Shown here: piece after piece, positions 59,588 through 64,000 of the stretch
Position numbering within the stretch: position 1 is the first letter of the stretch
How the letters are laid out: each line of letters starts with the position of its first letter
Assembly (NCBI GenBank): GCA_963818475.1
Contig: CAWFSF010000006.1
Coordinates: 96,001-160,000, forward strand
Direction: 5' to 3'
Origin: Nitrospirota bacterium
GTDB taxonomy: Bacteria > Nitrospirota > UBA9217
DNA length: 64,000 bases
The notes under the pieces: model-generated
Databases searched by the model: none
Told to the model about the DNA's origin: nothing
What the model saw: the letters and a program-made list of their open reading frames with translations, nothing else
Made by a program: the position numbers and the translations under genes

Positions 59588-60077
59588 TCAGCTGATGGGC
59601 TTGCTCACGACGGGAGCGAAATCGCTTTCGATCCCCAGCGAATCGTAGGCTGTCACGGTAAAATAGTAGGTCTGTCCCCCGTTAAGGCCGGCCAACTGAT
59701 AGGAACTCACATTACCGACGACAATAGAGGTGTATACGCCGGGCGTGGTACCATAATACACTTTATATCCCGCCAGTGTGGTGAGCGGCGTTCCGTCAAC
59801 ATTGGTTGTCGGCGCAGACCATGTAAGGGTTGCCGTTCCCGTACCCGTTCCCGTATCCGTTCCCGTGTCCCGATCCGTTCGGTACCGTTGCAGTCTCCGT
59901 TCCCGGTGAAACGCCCGGTGTCTGTAGGTCCGCGGTTGAGGCGTCGCCGCCGCATCCGAAGAGTGTAAGGATGATGACAACGAGCGCGGCAAGAAAAAGC
60001 AGGCCGTGGCGCGAAATGTGTCCTTTGTGGAGATCGGTTCCTTTCTGAACCGGTGCGGCAGTAATGAGTGTTGACAT
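59588..60077 (-). CDS. Lipoprotein with Gly-Thr linker and single FN3-like domain; frameshift near 59868
   Basis: AAGGAGG RBS, lipobox LFG-C, ACGGGW hexamer linker, ATLTWSAP...LAGYKVYYG...YYFTVTAYD...ESDF. Confidence 0.78.
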
Positions 60078-60173
60078 TGTTATTTACCCTCCTTGATCCA
60101 CAGCGCGGTGACCGGTGCAGTCCGGTCCGGCACAGCGGATTATTAAAAAAAGTTGCCGTTAAAAAGTTGTACA

Positions 60174-60216
60174 ATAGTACGATTAAAACGATAAGACCTC
60201 TGTGATTGCGATCACA
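60174..60216 (-). promoter_or_regulatory. Perfect CRP box with class II promoter geometry for the FN3 lipoprotein gene
   Basis: TGTGA-TTGCGA-TCACA at 60201-60216; minus-strand TACTAT at 60179-60174 places the box centre at -41.5; adjacent to a Crp-family gene. Confidence 0.78.
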
Positions 60217-60421
60217 GGATAAATAAAACTTAAGTTGTTGAGTATAAAGGATTAATTTGAACGATCTGGATTATTGTAATAATAAAGTTGTATGCAGTGT
60301 TATGGAGAGATGCTTTGCAGGGACCCGGGAAAGAAGGAAAAAAGAGGGGCGAGTCGTATTCTCAGGCGGGAAAATGATGCGGAAGGAACTGTCGCCATTA
60401 CTGCGAAAAAAAGGGTGAACG

Positions 60422-61198
60422 ATGCAGAACTCAAAAAATAAGAAGACCGGTGCAGGCCGCGCTAAGAAAAAGGCTCGTCCAGAAGCTCATGCCGTTGATC
60501 GAGCTCCCGCTCAAGCCAGGCACGAGGGAAACGGCATTCTAAAAGATATTGCGCTCTTTTCGTCGCTTGCTGATAAGGAGTTGCATCAGATCATGACCCA
60601 TATTATCCTGCGGGAGTTCAAGAAGAACCAGACTATCCTTCATGAAGAAGAAACAAGCGAATTCATGTACATCATCATCAATGGCAAGGTAAAGGTTACC
60701 CGTGTCGGCAAGGATGGAAAAGAAGCGATTCTTTCCATGCACGGGTCGGGAGAGTTCTTCGGAGAGGTTGCCCTGATCGACGGAAGAACTGCTCCGGCCG
60801 CTGTTCTGGCGGTGGAGAACTCGAACGTGGCCACCATCTCAAAGGATCATTTTTATTCTCTGCTGTTTACCCAGCGAAAGGTGCTGGAGAACCTTCTCAA
60901 AATACTTTGCTCGCGGCTTCGGGAGGCATGGCAAAAGATAGAGATGCTGACATTCAACGATGCCGCGCAGCGGCTAAAGATGCTGTTGAACATCCTGGCG
61001 GAAGCACACGGAGAAAAGACCCCTGAAGGTACGGTGCTGCATGTGAGGCTGATCCATCAGGATATGGCTGATATGGCGGGCTTGACCCGCGAGACCGTAA
61101 CGCGGGTGCTCGATAAATGGAAGAAAAACGGAGAGATCGAGGTCCTCCGCAGCAAGTACATCCGCCTGAACGACGAGTTCTATTCGATCGAGCTGTAA
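60422..61198 (+). CDS. Crp/Fnr family transcriptional regulator
   Basis: MYIIINGKVKV, GEFFGEVAL, HTH HQDMADMAGLTRETVTRVL. Confidence 0.93.
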   Translation: MQNSKNKKTGAGRAKKKARPEAHAVDRAPAQARHEGNGILKDIALFSSLADKELHQIMTHIILREFKKNQTILHEEETSEFMYIIINGKVKVTRVGKDGKEAILSMHGSGEFFGEVALIDGRTAPAAVLAVENSNVATISKDHFYSLLFTQRKVLENLLKILCSRLREAWQKIEMLTFNDAAQRLKMLLNILAEAHGEKTPEGTVLHVRLIHQDMADMAGLTRETVTRVLDKWKKNGEIEVLRSKYIRLNDEFYSIEL

Positions 61199-61243
61199 TG
61201 ATGCCGTCTTCAGTTCTTTCCGTGTTCAATTTTTTTGGTTCAT

Positions 61244-61447
61244 TCGTATGAAGTTGAAAAGTTCATAAAACCGAAATCAAAGATCAAGAACTTCTTGGGA
61301 GGAGAAAGGGGGAAGTTGGGAAAAAAGGGGTAACTGCCTTATTAATAAGAGCTAATCCCCATTTCACCATCCTTCTCCATTTCTCCTAAAAGTTCTTCTT
61401 CGGGGTTCTGAAGCTAAATCCGTTTTTCAACTAGTATACGAAAGGGC
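61244..61447. mobile_element. Nested palindromic element sharing its shell with 9776-10130 (opposite orientation)
   Basis: Outer TTCGTATGAAGTTGAAAA / TTTTCAACTAGTATACGAA; inner GGAGAAAGGGGGAAGTTGGGAAAAAAGGGG / CCCCATTTCACCATCCTTCTCCATTTCTCC; reverse complement reads GCCCTTTCGTATACTAGT...GCTTCAGAACCCCGAAGAAGAACTTTTAG as at 9776-9823. Confidence 0.72.
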
Positions 61448-61541
61448 AATTTTTTGATAGTAAACACGGGCGGGATGACGGCAGGCGGGGAGAGAGAGGG
61501 GATGACGCTCCGCTCTGAGGGCCGGCAGCGGCACAGACATA

Positions 61542-63398
61542 TTACGAGGACAACGCTCGGCTGTATTTCAATTTATTGAGCGGTTTCAGGTTTTTGAGGA
61601 TCTTGTCGGTCAACTCCGGCAGAAGCGTTTGTTTGACCTGACGTGACGTCTCTGACGAGAACATCGTATTCAACGACGCAAGGAATTGCTGTATCTCCGC
61701 TTCCTGCACCGTATCTGAATGCAAGAGCTCAATAAAATGCGATATCTTTTCGCTTATTAACGAGGCGATATCATAATCCTTGCTCGTGAACGGCTCAGAG
61801 GACTTTTTGTTGTTCAGGTTGAGAACGCCGATAACGCGGCCGTCCCGTTTTAACGGAATCGACATCAGGGACTTTGTGGTATATTGCGATATGCTTTTTT
61901 GAGAAAAACGCGGATCGTTCTCGATATTTTCAATAAATAACGGTTTCCCCTCCAGCGCCACCCACCCTGCTATTTTATCCCCCAACTTGATCTTGGTCCT
62001 TTTGACGATGTCATCATCGAGGCCGACCGCGCTTTTAACCGTCAGCTCGCTGGTGAGATCGTCGCTGAGCATGACGGAGCAAATGTCGAGGTCCAGCAGC
62101 TCGGAGATAAACTCGACAAAGGAATCCATGCCGCGGTTCACATACGTATCAAAGGCCTCCTTGCTGTTCTTTTCGATGCTCAGCATGATGTGACTGCTGG
62201 TGTCGGTGTTTTTTGCGGAGAGCGTCCACCGGTGCGTTTCGGCGATATTCTTGGCAAGATAGAGCTTGAGCTGATCTTCGGGATGCTCGAACTGAAAGAT
62301 GTATCGCGTGTCGTACAGGATCGGTATGATGCTCTCCGGCAATGCGCGCGAAACCGTAATGCTTACCTGCAGCTGTTCGTCCTCCGTTGCTCTGATCCGC
62401 ATGGAGTCCCCGCGTTCAAGGTAATGAGCGAGCCCGTCTATTAGGTTCGTAAAGAGCTGCAATGCCTTTATCCGGTCGCCTGCAAATTCCAGCAGGCTGT
62501 CCGGCGTCTCGATGAAAAGGCGAACTCCTATGCGGGCCAGGGCGGTCTGCAGCGACTTTGATTCCTGAAGGTCCCTGAAAAAATCCTTCATGTTGATAAT
62601 GGTCTTTTTAAAGATCCTCGACTCATCTTCGTGTTTGAGAAAGCCCAGGAGGTTTTCAACGATGTAAACGAGGTTGTCTATCTCGCTCGATATGATGCCC
62701 TGAAATTCCTTGCGGTCGTTTGATTCAAGGTGAGGGTCCGTTTGCTGAAGGACATAGATGGCGCCTTTCACCGAGTTCAGCGGTGTCCGCAGCTCATGGG
62801 AGATCCTGGTCAGGAACTCTGTTTTCAGGATGTCCGTTTCGATCAGTTTTTTGTTGATGTCCTCCAGCTCGTCGGCTTTTGATTTCAGCCGGGTAAGGAG
62901 GAGTGCATTTTCGAGGGCGATCGCCGCATGATTCGCGAGGGTCTTGACCAGCTCGAATTCGTCACTGTTGAATGTGCTATTGTCTTTTTTGTCGTTGATA
63001 TTGAGGATGCCGAGCAGCTTGTTCTTGCTCACGATGGGGCAGGAAATGAAGGACGTGGTCCGATAGTGGTCCCGCCGCAGGTCCTTAAGCCCCTCTTCCC
63101 GTTCAATGTTCTCGACCAGTACGGCGGTGCGGGTTTTCGCTACGGTACCGGCAATGCCTTCGCCAAAGCCGGTCCGGTAGCGGCGAACAAACTGCGGATC
63201 AAGTCCTTTTGCCGCGAATATCTCGAACTCGTTCCGCTCCGTAAGCAGCATCAGGGAGCCCTTCTCGGCATGCGCATAGCCGATCGCACGGTCGAGGATG
63301 AGGTTTGCAATTGCATTGATGTCGTCGGAAATGGCGATCGCCGAGGAGAGCTCCTGGATGATCGACAATTTCAGTTTTAAGAGTTCGAAGTGCTGCAT
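61542..63398 (-). CDS. GAF-HisKA-(degenerate HATPase)-GAF signalling protein
   Basis: GGAG RBS before ATG 63398; two GAF domains (GEGIAGTVA...LGILNINDK; GDKIAGWVA...IGVLNLNNK); H-box SHELRTPL; no DxGxG or GxGL. Confidence 0.85.
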   Translation of the reverse strand: MQHFELLKLKLSIIQELSSAIAISDDINAIANLILDRAIGYAHAEKGSLMLLTERNEFEIFAAKGLDPQFVRRYRTGFGEGIAGTVAKTRTAVLVENIEREEGLKDLRRDHYRTTSFISCPIVSKNKLLGILNINDKKDNSTFNSDEFELVKTLANHAAIALENALLLTRLKSKADELEDINKKLIETDILKTEFLTRISHELRTPLNSVKGAIYVLQQTDPHLESNDRKEFQGIISSEIDNLVYIVENLLGFLKHEDESRIFKKTIINMKDFFRDLQESKSLQTALARIGVRLFIETPDSLLEFAGDRIKALQLFTNLIDGLAHYLERGDSMRIRATEDEQLQVSITVSRALPESIIPILYDTRYIFQFEHPEDQLKLYLAKNIAETHRWTLSAKNTDTSSHIMLSIEKNSKEAFDTYVNRGMDSFVEFISELLDLDICSVMLSDDLTSELTVKSAVGLDDDIVKRTKIKLGDKIAGWVALEGKPLFIENIENDPRFSQKSISQYTTKSLMSIPLKRDGRVIGVLNLNNKKSSEPFTSKDYDIASLISEKISHFIELLHSDTVQEAEIQQFLASLNTMFSSETSRQVKQTLLPELTDKILKNLKPLNKLKYSRALSS

Positions 63399-63417
63399 AC
63401 CGCCGACTCCGCTGCGC

Positions 63418-64000
63418 TCAGATGCAGTGTTCCGAATCGCCATTACTGCTGCTCTCTTGCCTTCTTCTGCTCGCACTGCTGAGCGTCAAGCGGCGGAGAA
63501 ATTCCTGTTCGCTCAGTATCTTATACAGGGTCTTTCTTGATATGCCGAGATTACGCGCTGCTTTGGATTTGTTGCCGTTGAACACTTGAAGCGCTTCGGA
63601 TATGGCTTGACGTTCCAGGGCCTTCAGCGGTTTTATCCCGATGGCCGGGGCGGCGCCCTGCAGGCGGTGGTGGAAGTCCTCGGGCAGGTCGGTCATCGAG
63701 ATGCGGTCGCTCTTGGCCAGGACGACGGCCCGCTCGATGACGTTCCTGAGCTGCCGTATGTTGCCGGGCCACGGGTAATGGGTAAGTATGTTCATGACCT
63801 CATCGGTAAAGGAAAAAAGCCTGTTTTCGCGCACTGAAAAGTCATTCAGTATTTCCGTTGCAAGCAGGGGGATGTCACCGCTGCGTTCCCGGAGGGGCGG
63901 AACGTCTATTTGAACCACATTGAGCCGGTAAAAAAGGTCCTCTCTGAACCGGCCCTGTTCCACTTCCTGCTTCAAGTCCTTGTTCGTTGATGAGATGAGC
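63418..64000 (-). CDS. Sigma-54-dependent Fis-family activator, 5' partial
   Basis: STNKDL, GRFREDLFYRLNV, PPLRER, YPWPGNIRQLRNVIERA, GNKSKAARNLGISRKTLY. Confidence 0.93.
   Translation of the reverse strand, partial: LISSTNKDLKQEVEQGRFREDLFYRLNVVQIDVPPLRERSGDIPLLATEILNDFSVRENRLFSFTDEVMNILTHYPWPGNIRQLRNVIERAVVLAKSDRISMTDLPEDFHHRLQGAAPAIGIKPLKALERQAISEALQVFNGNKSKAARNLGISRKTLYKILSEQEFLRRLTLSSASRRRQESSSNGDSEHCI

Overview
A ~59-kb co-directional (+ strand) Wzx/Wzy-dependent exopolysaccharide/surface-glycan locus of the PEP-CTERM/exosortase(XrtA)-associated type, probably from a Nitrospirota- or Desulfobacterota-like bacterium (inference from gene content). Order: atypical receiver-domain gene (partial), Wza-like export protein, chain-length determinant, tyrosine autokinase, UpxY/RfaH-like antiterminator, outer-membrane beta-barrel, nucleotide-sugar enzymes, a priming sugar transferase carrying a degenerate GGDEF-like domain, an embedded acyl-ACP tailoring cassette with its own ETF/Fe-S oxidoreductase electron sink, two flippases, a polymerase-like membrane protein, about ten glycosyltransferases, a ferredoxin + radical SAM pair, and several secreted repeat/matrix proteins (Ig-like lipoprotein, VWA lipoprotein, beta-helix protein, 1566-aa subtilase with an apparently exact 991-bp internal duplication). 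The right end has an FN3 lipoprotein, a Crp-family regulator with two class II-geometry CRP boxes in the window, a GAF-HisKA-GAF protein with a degenerate ATPase domain and a sigma-54 activator (partial). Intergenic spaces hold a set of nested palindromic MITE/REP-like elements in which different IS-like shells carry different 9-nt-period hairpin cores. Many single-base frameshifts (dense in the first 6 kb, several in homopolymers) look like long-read errors rather than true pseudogenes. No rRNA, tRNA, CRISPR array or transposase was seen. All family assignments are by motif recognition only; no database searches were run.
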